A DNA stretch of 64,000 nt, taken from contig CAWEZL010000001.1 of NCBI GenBank assembly GCA_963813585.1, forward strand, positions 504,487 through 568,486. Reading direction: 5' to 3'. Made by a program: the position numbers and the translations under genes. This DNA is from an uncultured Acidobacteriota bacterium (GTDB taxonomy: Bacteria > Acidobacteriota > Vicinamibacteria > Vicinamibacterales > Fen-181). The notes below the pieces were generated by a model. The model was not told the DNA's origin. It did no database searches and saw only the letters and a program-made list of their open reading frames with translations. Positions 16,778 through 25,617 of the stretch are shown one piece after another (the stretch's first letter is position 1; each line of letters starts with the position of its first letter).

Positions 16778-18985
16778 CTACGTGAGGTGCGGCGTGACGA
16801 CCGCCACCACCTCCGGGAAGTCCACCTTGAACTTCCTCAGCGTCTCGAGCGTGGGGATGGCGTTGTTGGTCCAGCCGCGGCGCTTGTAGACCGCGTCGCA
16901 CAGCTTGTTGTAGCGGTCCTCGCGCCACTGGCGATGGAGGGCCATCTTCTCCTCGGTGCCCTTCCCCACCGGGTCGATCCCGATCAGCTCCTCGAGCTGC
17001 TTGTCGTACCGCTCGGCGCGCGACTCGTACTCCTCGACGGTGAGCGGCCCCATCGAGCGGTACGGCGGCCAGTCGCTCTTCCGCCCGCCCATGCCCATCC
17101 GCAGGTTGAACACGCGCTGGAAGTTGTAGACCCCCTCGGACATGCGGATGAAGTCGTCGATCGTCACGTCCTGCCCGGTGATGCCCGCGTACAGCTCGGT
17201 GTAGTTGTGGACGTGCTCGGGCACCTTCGCGGCGTTCTTCCCGTGCTTGGCGTTGTCCTCGGGCTCGATGTCGTTCCAGGGCAGCTTGCAGAGGCCCATC
17301 AGCCCGAACCAGGTGCGGAACAGCGGGAAGTAGTGCAGCGCCTCGGCCTTGTCCTCGAAGCTCGGGATCTGGTTGTTCACCATGTCCATGAAGATCAGCC
17401 ACGCCTCGTCGTGCTGCGGCCCCTTGTTGGTGAGCGCGTAGCCGCCCTGCTGCGCCAGCGACTCCTTGGACTGGTACTGCGAGTACTCGAGGCCCTTCAC
17501 CTGCATGCCGAAGTCACGCATGAACTGCAGGTCGCCCCAGCCCTGTCCGGCGAAGTACTCCTGCATGTACTTCACCCCCTGCCCCACGAGCACGCCGAAC
17601 CCCTCGCCGCGGGCCATCTGGTGCAGCAGCTCCACGTGCGAGGCGCCGTTGCCCCACGTCAGGTCGAGGCCGCCCGTCCGCTCGAGGTTCAGGATGCCGC
17701 GCTGGAAGCACTCCATGGCGAACGCGCAGCAGGTGCCGAACGAGATCGTGTCGACGCCGTAGGTGTCGCAGTAGAAGTTCGACTCGAGGATCCAGTCGGG
17801 GTCGAAGATGCCGCAGTTCGACCCGAGGCCGGCGGCCGTCTCGTACTCCGGCCCGTCCACCGTGACCAGGTGGTCCTTGTAGGGACCGGTCATCACCTTG
17901 TGGCAGTCGGCTCCCTTGGCGCACGCCATGTGGCAGCCGTACCAGCAGCCGTCGAAGATCCCCTGGGTGAACCGCTTCTCCCACACCGTCGAGGCGATCT
18001 TGTCGATGTCCTTGTGCTTGCCGTACTGGAAGTTGTGGACCGGCAGCAGGTCGTAGGCGTCCATGACCTCGACCAGGTGCGCCGTGCCGATCTTGCGCAT
18101 CTTGCACTGCTCGTCGTCGAAGTCGTGGATCTCCTTGGCGAGCACGCGGCCGACCTTGGTGGTGCGGGTGAAGTCGGCAGCCCGGTTCAGGTCGCCCTTC
18201 ATCTTGAACCCGTGCACGACGAGCGCCTTGAGCTTCTTGTCGCGGAACACGCGGCCGATCCCGCCGCGCCCCGCCTGCTTCAGCCGCGCCGCGCCCCGCT
18301 TCGGGTCGTACCACGAGAAGTTCAGGCAGCCGATCCGGCTGTGGTCCGCCCCCTGGCCCGCCGACACCACCGACACGTTGACGAAGTCCTTCTCGTCGTC
18401 GGCGTACTCGTGCATGAAGACTTCGGCCGCGACGTGGCTGTCGTGGTTCTCCTCGGGCGCCTCCTCGATCGTGATCGTCTTCTTCGGGCCGTCGATGACG
18501 ACGACGACGTCCTTCTGCGCCTTGCCCTGGATCTCGAGGGCGTCGTAGCCGCAGAACTTCAACAGCGGCCCGAAGTACCCGCCCACGTTGCTGTCGATCG
18601 GGATGCCGGTGAGCGGCGACAGCGTCACCACCAGCGACTTGCCCGACCCGGCGTACGCGGTGTTCCCCGCCAGCGGCCCCGGGCTGATGATGATGTCGTT
18701 CTCGGGGTCGTCCCACTTCGTGGTGGGCTTGATGGCGTTCCAGAGGTACCAGAGGCCGAAGCCCCGCCCGCCGATGAAGACGTCCTTCATCTGCTGCGTG
18801 ACCTGCTTCTCGCTCACCGTCAGCGTGGAGAGGTCGATGTGGAGCGTGCGGTTGGTGTAGCCCCGCTCCGGGAGGCTCGGCTCGAACTGGTGCCGCAGGA
18901 GGACCCTGTGCGCCTCCTTCTGCCGGGCGACGTCCTCGGTGTACGAGGTGCGGGTCTTGTAGTCGTACGTGGTCGTCATGGCCAC
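16778..18985 (-). CDS. aor: aldehyde:ferredoxin oxidoreductase (tungsten/molybdopterin AOR family)
   Basis: 735 aa. The N-terminal AOR domain is YTNRTLHIDLS...GGRGFGLWYLW, and C-terminal domains carry the cluster/pterin-binding regions (…DGCWYGCHMACAK…, …FGTCCAF…). Confidence 0.9.
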   Translation of the reverse strand: MAMTTTYDYKTRTSYTEDVARQKEAHRVLLRHQFEPSLPERGYTNRTLHIDLSTLTVSEKQVTQQMKDVFIGGRGFGLWYLWNAIKPTTKWDDPENDIIISPGPLAGNTAYAGSGKSLVVTLSPLTGIPIDSNVGGYFGPLLKFCGYDALEIQGKAQKDVVVVIDGPKKTITIEEAPEENHDSHVAAEVFMHEYADDEKDFVNVSVVSAGQGADHSRIGCLNFSWYDPKRGAARLKQAGRGGIGRVFRDKKLKALVVHGFKMKGDLNRAADFTRTTKVGRVLAKEIHDFDDEQCKMRKIGTAHLVEVMDAYDLLPVHNFQYGKHKDIDKIASTVWEKRFTQGIFDGCWYGCHMACAKGADCHKVMTGPYKDHLVTVDGPEYETAAGLGSNCGIFDPDWILESNFYCDTYGVDTISFGTCCAFAMECFQRGILNLERTGGLDLTWGNGASHVELLHQMARGEGFGVLVGQGVKYMQEYFAGQGWGDLQFMRDFGMQVKGLEYSQYQSKESLAQQGGYALTNKGPQHDEAWLIFMDMVNNQIPSFEDKAEALHYFPLFRTWFGLMGLCKLPWNDIEPEDNAKHGKNAAKVPEHVHNYTELYAGITGQDVTIDDFIRMSEGVYNFQRVFNLRMGMGGRKSDWPPYRSMGPLTVEEYESRAERYDKQLEELIGIDPVGKGTEEKMALHRQWREDRYNKLCDAVYKRRGWTNNAIPTLETLRKFKVDFPEVVAVVTPHLT

Positions 18986-19123
18986 TCCCTTGCGGCTCGG
19001 ACTGGGGTATCAGGCTCGTTCCTGGCGGATGACCGGCTCCCGGGCACACCTCAACCGGAGCCGTGCGGGGGCCGGATGCCTATGATCTGACAGACCGGGC
19101 GGGGGAGGCAAGCGGGGGGAGGA

Positions 19124-20713
19124 TCACCGCACCCTGGTCCGGCTCTGCTCGCGGAAGTACTGCTGCAGGTAGTGCGGGCCGCCCGTCCCCTTGCCGGTCG
19201 AGCCGCTGGCCTTCCAGCCGCCGAACGAGTTCTGGCCCGGCCAGGCGCCGGTCGTCGCCCCGGCCCGCCGGTTCGCGTAGATGACGCCCGCCTGGATGGT
19301 GTCGAAGAACGTCTCGATCTCGCGCTCCTCCCCCGAGAAGATGCCGGCTGTCAGGCCGTAGGAGGTCCGGTTCGCCAGCTCGAGCGCCTCGTCCAGCGTC
19401 ATCACGTCGGCGACGACGGTGATCGGAACGAACAGCTCCTCGCGGAACAGCCGGTGGTCGCGCGGCAGGCCGTCGATGACTGTCGGCTCCACATAGTACC
19501 CGTGGTCGAAGACCCCGCCCGCCAGGCGGCGGCCGCCCACGACCACGCGGCCGCCGTCGCGCCGCGCCTCCTCGATCGCCTGCTCGTACCGGCGCACGGC
19601 TCGCTCGTTGATCACCGGGCCCATCCAGACGTCGCGCTCGAGCGGGTTGCCGACCTTGATCCGCTTCGTCTTCTCGACCAGCATCTCGACGAAGCGATCG
19701 CGCACCTCGCGGCTGGCGTAGACGCGCGAGCAGGCCGAGCACTTCTGGCCGGTGGCGCCAAAGGCCGACCGCATCACCCCGTCCGAGGCCTTGTCCAGGT
19801 CGGCCGACGCCATCACGAGCGCGGGGTTCTTCCCCCCCATCTCGATGATGAGCGGGCGCGGCACGGGGCGCGCCCCGTTCTGCCGCATCAGCATCATCCC
19901 GACTTCCATCGACCCGGTGAATACCAGGCCGTCGATCCCCTCGTTGTTGGCGATCTCCTCGCCCACCGGCACGCCGGGGCCGTTCACGAGGTTGAAGACG
20001 CCGGGCGGCAGGAACTCGGCCGCGATCTCGGCCAGAGGGACGCAAGCGAGCGGGGTGTCCTCGGCGGGCTTGCAGACCACGGTGTTGCCGGCCAGCAGCG
20101 CCGCGGCCATCGGTCCGGCGGCCAGCGCCAGCGGGAAGTTGAACGGCGCGATGATCCCGAACACCCCGTAGGGACGCAGGACGCTCAGGCTCTCCTCGCG
20201 CGAGCCCGGGAGCCCCATCAGGTTGCTGAAGCCGTCGGTCTGCTCCATCCGGTCGCAGTAGTAGTCGAAGAAGTCCACGGCTTCCTCGACCTCGCCGACG
20301 CACTCGAGCCGGTTCTTCCCGACCTCGTAGCCGATGATGGCGGAAAGCTCGGCGCGACGCTCACGGATGCGCTGCCCCAGCGTCCTGACGATGCGGACGC
20401 GCTCTTCCCACGGGACGCGGCTCCAGGCCGGAAACGCCGCGCGCGCCGCGGCGATCGCCTCTCGGGTCTGCTCGCGGGTGGCGGCGGTGAAGCGGCCGAT
20501 GAGGATCCGGGTGTCGATCGGGCTGCGGTCCTCGAACTCGCCCCCGGCCCCCTCCACGTCGCGCCCGGCGATCAGCATCGGGTGCGACCGGCCGAAGCCG
20601 GCCTTCACCGTGTCGATCGCCTCGTCCAGCTCGCGGTGCAGGTCCGCCATCTGGTCGGCGCTCATCGTGGCGTAGGTGATCTTCGCCTGGGCGGGTTTCG
20701 ACTCGCTCTGCAT
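19124..20713 (-). CDS. aldehyde dehydrogenase family protein (glutamate-semialdehyde / P5C dehydrogenase-like)
   Basis: 529 aa. ALDH motifs are present: FTGSMEVG, IIEMGGKNP, and the catalytic Cys region GQKCSACSR. Confidence 0.85.
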   Translation of the reverse strand: MQSESKPAQAKITYATMSADQMADLHRELDEAIDTVKAGFGRSHPMLIAGRDVEGAGGEFEDRSPIDTRILIGRFTAATREQTREAIAAARAAFPAWSRVPWEERVRIVRTLGQRIRERRAELSAIIGYEVGKNRLECVGEVEEAVDFFDYYCDRMEQTDGFSNLMGLPGSREESLSVLRPYGVFGIIAPFNFPLALAAGPMAAALLAGNTVVCKPAEDTPLACVPLAEIAAEFLPPGVFNLVNGPGVPVGEEIANNEGIDGLVFTGSMEVGMMLMRQNGARPVPRPLIIEMGGKNPALVMASADLDKASDGVMRSAFGATGQKCSACSRVYASREVRDRFVEMLVEKTKRIKVGNPLERDVWMGPVINERAVRRYEQAIEEARRDGGRVVVGGRRLAGGVFDHGYYVEPTVIDGLPRDHRLFREELFVPITVVADVMTLDEALELANRTSYGLTAGIFSGEEREIETFFDTIQAGVIYANRRAGATTGAWPGQNSFGGWKASGSTGKGTGGPHYLQQYFREQSRTRVR

Positions 20714-20763
20714 CCCGGGGCCTCGTCGTTGGTTGAGATTCTCGATGATACCATGAGGTCCCC

Positions 20764-21963
20764 ATGCCTTCCCGGCGCCCGCTCTTCGCCGTCTCGTGCC
20801 TCTCGATGTTCGTCTTCGGGATGGTCATCGCCCTGCTCGGGACGCTGTTCGGCCTGCCCGACATGCGGGCCCGCCTGGCGATCGACCTCGCCCAGCAGGG
20901 GCAGCTGTTCAGCATCATGTTCGTCGGCCTCCTGATCGCGACCGTCGTCGCCGGACCCACCCAGGACCGGTTCGGGGGGAAGGTGGTGCTGGTCGGCGCC
21001 GCGGCGACCGTGGCGGTGGCGCTGGGCCTCTTCGCCCTGGCGCGGGGATTCGCCAGCGCGGCCGCCTCGGCCGCGGTGCTGGGGGTGGGCGCCGGCTGGC
21101 TGAACCTCGGCGCCAACGCCCTCGTCTCGGACCTCTACCCAGAGAGCCGCGGCCGGATGCTGAACCTGGCGAACGTCTTCTTCGGGGTCGGCGCGCTGTT
21201 CGCCCCGCTGCTGGTCTCGGTCGCGTTCGGCGCCCTGTCGATCGGCGGCGTCCTGGCAGCCTGCACCGCGGTGGCGGCCGCCGGGGCGCTCGTGGCGGCG
21301 CCGCTGACGTTCCCGCCGCCCCGGGAGCAGGCATCCTTCTCGCTGGCCGAGTTCTGGCGCATGACTCGCCACCCCGGCGTGCTGCTGCTCGCGGTGCTGA
21401 TGTTCTTCCAGATGGGGAACGAGGCGGCGCTGAGCGGCTGGACCTCGACCTACGCCGGAGCGATGGGCTGGTCCCCGCGGGCGGCCACCGTCATCCTCCT
21501 CGGCTACTGGGTGATGACGATCATCGGGCGAAGTGTCTCGGCCGGCCTCCAGTCCCGGCTCGGCAACGAGCGCCTCGTGCTGGCGGCCGCGGTCCTGTCG
21601 GCGGCCGGCTGCGCCGTCCTGCTGCTCGGGGCGCGGTCGCTGCCGGTGCTCGCCCTCGGCGCCTGGCTCACCGCGCTCGGCCTCTCACCGGTGGTCCCCA
21701 CCACGCTGGCCCTGGCCGCCGACCGCCACCACCGCTTCGGGGGAACGGTCTTCTCGCTCCTCTTCACGGTCGGCACGGCCGGGTCGACGTCGTTCCCACT
21801 GGCCCTTGGCGGGCTGTCCAAGGCGGCCGGCCTGCGCCTGGGCATGGTGGTGCCCCTCGCCGGCACCCTTGCCGTCGCTCTCTGCGCCCTGGCCGTGCTG
21901 AGGGGCCGGAACACCGTGCCGGTTACTGAAGAGGGGTCGGGGTCAAACGAGCGCCGGAACTAG
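20764..21963 (+). CDS. MFS transporter
   Basis: 399 aa with about 12 predicted TM segments and an MFS loop motif (GPTQDRFGGKVVL). Confidence 0.8.
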   Translation: MPSRRPLFAVSCLSMFVFGMVIALLGTLFGLPDMRARLAIDLAQQGQLFSIMFVGLLIATVVAGPTQDRFGGKVVLVGAAATVAVALGLFALARGFASAAASAAVLGVGAGWLNLGANALVSDLYPESRGRMLNLANVFFGVGALFAPLLVSVAFGALSIGGVLAACTAVAAAGALVAAPLTFPPPREQASFSLAEFWRMTRHPGVLLLAVLMFFQMGNEAALSGWTSTYAGAMGWSPRAATVILLGYWVMTIIGRSVSAGLQSRLGNERLVLAAAVLSAAGCAVLLLGARSLPVLALGAWLTALGLSPVVPTTLALAADRHHRFGGTVFSLLFTVGTAGSTSFPLALGGLSKAAGLRLGMVVPLAGTLAVALCALAVLRGRNTVPVTEEGSGSNERRN

Positions 21964-21964
21964 A

Positions 21965-22781
21965 CTAAATCCAGCCCGAGTACAGCTCGGGACGGCGGTC
22001 GCGGAGGAACAGCCGGCGCGCGTGCGAGGCCGTGACCTCGCCCAGGTCGATGTCGGCGAAGAGTATCGTGTCCTCCCTCGCCTGGGCTCGGGCAATCACC
22101 CTTCCATCCGGCGCGCAGACGAAGGACTCGCCGCCGAAGTTCAGGCACTCCTCGGGACCGACCCGGTTGCACAGTGCGGTGAAGTAGCCGTTCTGGAAGG
22201 CCGCCACCCGCATCTCCGCCTCGTAGAGCCCCTCGGGCCACTCGCCCACCGCCCCCGCCTGTGGAACCACCACCAGCTCGGCGCCGCGCACCGCCAAAGC
22301 CCGCATGTATTCCGGGTAGTGGCGGTCGTAGCAGATGGCCACGCCGATCCGGCCCGCCCACGTGTCGTACACGGGCGCGCCCGTGTCGCCCGGCGCGTCA
22401 GTACCCCTGCTCGTGGAAGCAGGCGTACTCCGTGATGTGGATCATCCGCGTGCGCCCCAGCAGCCGGCCGTCGGCGTCGATCACCGGCGAGCTGTCGTAG
22501 GTGCGCTCGCCGTCGCGCTCGAACAGGTTCAGCACGACGACGACGCCGAGGCGGGCGGCGCGCTCCTGGAAGGCGCGCGTGATCGGTCCGGGGATCGGCT
22601 CGGCGAGCGCGAGCGAAGCCGGCGTCGCGGGCCGCTGCGGGTAGAACGGCTCGAACGCCAGTTCGGCGAAGCAAGCGAGCCGGGCGCCCCGCGCGGCCGC
22701 CTCGTCGAGCGCCCTCAGCCCCCGCGCCAGGTTTTCCTGCTTGTCGGGCGTCGCGTGCTGCTGGATGAGCGCAATCTGCAT
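21965..22781 (-). pseudogene. carbon-nitrogen hydrolase (nitrilase superfamily), split by one frameshift near 22400
   Basis: Two ORFs (22398-22781 and 21965-22372) together give one C-N hydrolase. The N-part is MQIALIQQ...CFAELAFEPF. The C-part is IGVAICYDRHYPE (catalytic Cys). The second frame already reads DAPGDTGAPVYDTW upstream of its listed start. Confidence 0.8.
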
Positions 22782-22790
22782 ACGCCCTGG

Positions 22791-22824
22791 CCCCTAGCTC
22801 CTAGCTCCTAGCCCCTAACCCCTA
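22791..22824 (-). repeat. heptamer repeat TAGGGGN/TAGGAGC x5 between the GS-like and C-N hydrolase genes
   Basis: The minus strand reads TAGGGGT TAGGGGC TAGGAGC TAGGAGC TAGGGGC, then CAGGGCGT, then ATG. The first TAG is the GS-like stop. The 7-nt period puts TAG in all three frames, and GGAG units are SD-like. Confidence 0.85.
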
Positions 22825-24231
22825 CATCTGCAGCAGCGCCTCGATCGTCCGGTCGATCACGTGCACCGGGAACACGTTCCCCGCCTCGAGCGAGGCGCGG
22901 TGCTCGCGCAGCCCGACCGCCACCTCCGAGAACATGCGCGGCACGGCGATCGCCTGCGAGGCGGCCGTGCCGACCGCCGTCCTCTCGAGCAGCGCGTCGA
23001 TGTCGGCGAAGGTCCGCCCGGCGATCATCGCCTGCGCGATCCCGGCGAGCAGCAGGTGCGGGTGGGCCGACCCGTCGGGCAGCCGGAACTCCACCGTCTC
23101 GGGACTCACCGAGCGCCCCTGCGCGTCGGCCGCGACGATCGGCAGCCGGACCAGCGCCTTCCGGTTGTAGCGCCCCCACGTCACCGCGCTCGGCGCCTCC
23201 TTCGCCTGCGTGAGGCGGACGAACGAGGTGGACGTGCGGTTGCCGAACGCCATCAGCGCCGCGGCATGGCGGACCAGCCCTGCGATCAGCCACTTGCTCG
23301 GCCCCACCAGTTGCCCGTCCGGCGTGCTGTGCTTCTGGTGCGCGCCGCCGACGACCGGCGACATGTGGAAGTGGAGGCCGCTGCCCGCGTGCCCCTTGCG
23401 CAGGATCGGGTCGAAGGCGCAGCGCCAGCCCGCCTGCCGCGCGAGGTTGCGCAGCACCCACTGCGCGATCAGCACCGAATCGGCCGACGCGGGCAGGGGC
23501 TGCAACGCCAGCTCGATCTCGTGCTGCTCCCAGATCCGCGGGTCCACATCGTCGGCCTGGATGTAGCCCACCTCGCTGTGGCCGTACTTCAGCGGGATGC
23601 CGGCCTCCGAGAGCAGGACCATCGCCCGCCGCCGCAGCGCCTCGCCGAAGACGAACGGCGAGCTGGCGTGGTAGCCCCGCTCGGCCGCGCCATAGATGTC
23701 GTTCTCCTCGGGGCGCTTGCCCAGGAAGAACTCCACCTCGCCGAGCGCGTGCAGCTCGACGCCCGCCTCGGCCTGCAGGCGCTCGTGCGCTTTGCGCACG
23801 ATCGTGTCGGGCGACTCGGGCAGCCTCTCCCCGTCGCGCCCGAAGTGGCCGCAGAAGACGACCAGCGTTGGATACGTGGCGAACGGATCGATGAAAGCGG
23901 TCGAGAGCCGTGGCCGCAGCACGACGTCGGACGCCGTCACCGGGACGCCCAGCGCGCCGAACAGACTCGAGCCGTCGGCGCGCTCGCCGAACGACAGGAC
24001 CTCGCGCAGGTGCGGTACGTCGCGCGGGACGAAGTCGAGCGTCTTCAGCCAGCCGTCGCCGCCGACGTGCATGAGGCTCACCAGCCGGATGCCGAGTGCC
24101 CCGACGACTCCGACCAGGTCGTCCACCGTCCACTCGTCGGGCTCGCGCCCGATCAGGCGGGCCAGGCGGCACGCGGGCAGGGGGTGAGACGCCTCGTTCT
24201 CGGCGACGCGGGTCGAGAGCGCTTCGGTCAT
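22822..24231 (-). CDS. glutamine synthetase family protein (gamma-glutamyl ligase-like)
   Basis: 469 aa with a beta-grasp plus catalytic domain. Motifs: GEVEFFL, KYGHSEVG, WEQHEIEL, GSGLHFHMS. Confidence 0.8.
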   Translation of the reverse strand: MTEALSTRVAENEASHPLPACRLARLIGREPDEWTVDDLVGVVGALGIRLVSLMHVGGDGWLKTLDFVPRDVPHLREVLSFGERADGSSLFGALGVPVTASDVVLRPRLSTAFIDPFATYPTLVVFCGHFGRDGERLPESPDTIVRKAHERLQAEAGVELHALGEVEFFLGKRPEENDIYGAAERGYHASSPFVFGEALRRRAMVLLSEAGIPLKYGHSEVGYIQADDVDPRIWEQHEIELALQPLPASADSVLIAQWVLRNLARQAGWRCAFDPILRKGHAGSGLHFHMSPVVGGAHQKHSTPDGQLVGPSKWLIAGLVRHAAALMAFGNRTSTSFVRLTQAKEAPSAVTWGRYNRKALVRLPIVAADAQGRSVSPETVEFRLPDGSAHPHLLLAGIAQAMIAGRTFADIDALLERTAVGTAASQAIAVPRMFSEVAVGLREHRASLEAGNVFPVHVIDRTIEALLQM

Positions 24232-24329
24232 GACCAGTTCGGCTCCAGTTTCGAGGGATTCGAAAGGCGGCGCGGGGGAACGCCATTATAGCCCCGCCCC
24301 CGCTCTCGGCCCCCGGCCCCCGCGTTCTG

Positions 24330-24335
24330 TAGAAT
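24330..24335 (+). promoter_or_regulatory. -10-like TAGAAT 8 nt upstream of the GTG at 24344 (near-leaderless)
   Basis: ctgTAGAATgtcactcaGTG read directly, with no SD. Confidence 0.3.
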
Positions 24336-24343
24336 GTCACTCA

Positions 24344-25573
24344 GTGCCCCCTTTCGATGCCATCGTCGTCGGCGCGGGCCCTGCCGGGTCGACCGCGGCC
24401 CGGGTGCTCGCCGCCGGCGGCGCCCGCGTCTGCCTGCTCGAGCGCGCCCGCTTCCCCCGCAACAAGCCGTGCGGCGGCGGCATCACGACGCGCGCGCTCT
24501 CGCGATTCCCGTGGCTCGGGGTCGCGCTCCCCCGCATCGCCACCCACTGGGTGTCGCGGCTCTTCCTCGAGGCCGGCAGCCTGAACCACGTCGTCCTCAC
24601 GTCCGGGCGGCCGGCCGTGCTCCTGGTCCGCCGCTACGAGTTCGACGAGCTGCTGGCGCGCCTCGCCGCGGAGGCGGGCGCGGAACTGTGCGAGGAGGCC
24701 TGGGTCTCGCAGGCAGAGGCCGACGGGGAGCGCGTCGCCGTGCGGACGCGGGACGGCCGCGCGTTCACGGGGCGTTACCTCGTGGCCGCCGACGGCGTCA
24801 ACGGCATCATGACGCGCCGCCTCGGCCTGCACCCGGGATGGGATGGCGAGGCCGTGGCCCTCGACATGATGGAGGAGGCGCCCGAGGCCCGGCTGCGGGC
24901 CACCGACCCGGCAACACTCTGGGTGTCGTACGGGCACGGCGGGACGGACGGGTACGGCTACGTGTTCCCGAAGGAGGGCCACGTCAACGTCGGCGTCGGC
25001 TGCCTGCTGTCGTACTTCAAGGAGCAGGTGGCCCGGTCACCGTACGAGGTGCAACGCGGGTTCGTGAACGACCTGGTGGCACGGGGGGTGCTGCAGGGGG
25101 CCTCGGCTCGCGAGCACTTCACGCCGTGCCATATCCCGGTGGGCGGGCCAATCGCGCGGACGGCCGCCGGGCGCGTGCTCGTGGCCGGCGACGCGGGAGG
25201 CTTCGTCAACGCCTACACGGCCGAGGGGATCTACTACGCGATGGTCACCGGCGACCTCGCGGCCGGGGCGATCCTCGCGGCGCTCCGCGCGGACGGCGCC
25301 GACCATCGCGAGGCCGCCCGGTGTTACGTGCGCGCCTGGAAGCGCGAGATCGGCACCGAGCTGCGCGACGCGCGCCTGATCCAGAAGTACCTGTTCCGCG
25401 ACCCGCGGCGCATCGCGGCCGTCGTCAGCGGCGCCCGTAATCACGGCGACCTGGCGCAGGCGATCATCGCCTACGCCACGGGCACCGTCACCTACGCCGC
25501 GGCCCGCCGCCGCGTCCTCTCCCAGTTCCCGCGCACCGCCCTCCGCCTGGCCAGGATCGCGATGTTCGGGTAG
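24344..25573 (+). CDS. geranylgeranyl-reductase-family FAD-dependent oxidoreductase
   Basis: Start moved to the GTG at 24344, because the track start overlaps the divergent gene. The protein opens with FDAIVVGAGPAGSTAARVLA (GxGxxG), and also carries RFPRNKPCGGGI and LVAGDAGGFVN. Confidence 0.8.
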   Translation: MPPFDAIVVGAGPAGSTAARVLAAGGARVCLLERARFPRNKPCGGGITTRALSRFPWLGVALPRIATHWVSRLFLEAGSLNHVVLTSGRPAVLLVRRYEFDELLARLAAEAGAELCEEAWVSQAEADGERVAVRTRDGRAFTGRYLVAADGVNGIMTRRLGLHPGWDGEAVALDMMEEAPEARLRATDPATLWVSYGHGGTDGYGYVFPKEGHVNVGVGCLLSYFKEQVARSPYEVQRGFVNDLVARGVLQGASAREHFTPCHIPVGGPIARTAAGRVLVAGDAGGFVNAYTAEGIYYAMVTGDLAAGAILAALRADGADHREAARCYVRAWKREIGTELRDARLIQKYLFRDPRRIAAVVSGARNHGDLAQAIIAYATGTVTYAAARRRVLSQFPRTALRLARIAMFG

Positions 25574-25617
25574 GTGGGCACCGAGGCCGGCTGCCAAGGC
25601 CAGCTCGGAGGTCGGCC

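Noticed and set aside
18986-19123. Possible Moco/Wco riboswitch in the 138-nt leader of the AOR gene. It contains GCCUCCC and CCGAGCC-like strings, an imperfect CGGCUCCGG/CCGGGAGCCG hairpin, and an AAGGGAG SD.
   Set aside because: The conserved-looking strings are in the opposite order to what I remember for the Moco motif, and I cannot fold or scan the sequence here. The question is unresolved. A cmsearch with the Rfam Moco_RNA_motif model over 18980-19130 (minus strand) would decide it.
22395-22410. A prfB-style programmed +1 frameshift in the C-N hydrolase: the break reads CAG GGG UAC UGA C, an in-frame UGA-C preceded by an SD-like AGGGG.
   Set aside because: The P-site codon UAC cannot re-pair in the +1 frame (ACU), unlike CUU to UUU in prfB. 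The SD-like run directly abuts the codon rather than being spaced from it. The break also has the same one-extra-base signature as eight other breaks in the window. A pseudogene or a sequencing error is more likely.
22791-22824. Telomere-like CCCTAA strings within cccctaacccctac.
   Set aside because: This is a single chance occurrence inside a heptamer repeat in the middle of a bacterial operon. It is not a terminal array.
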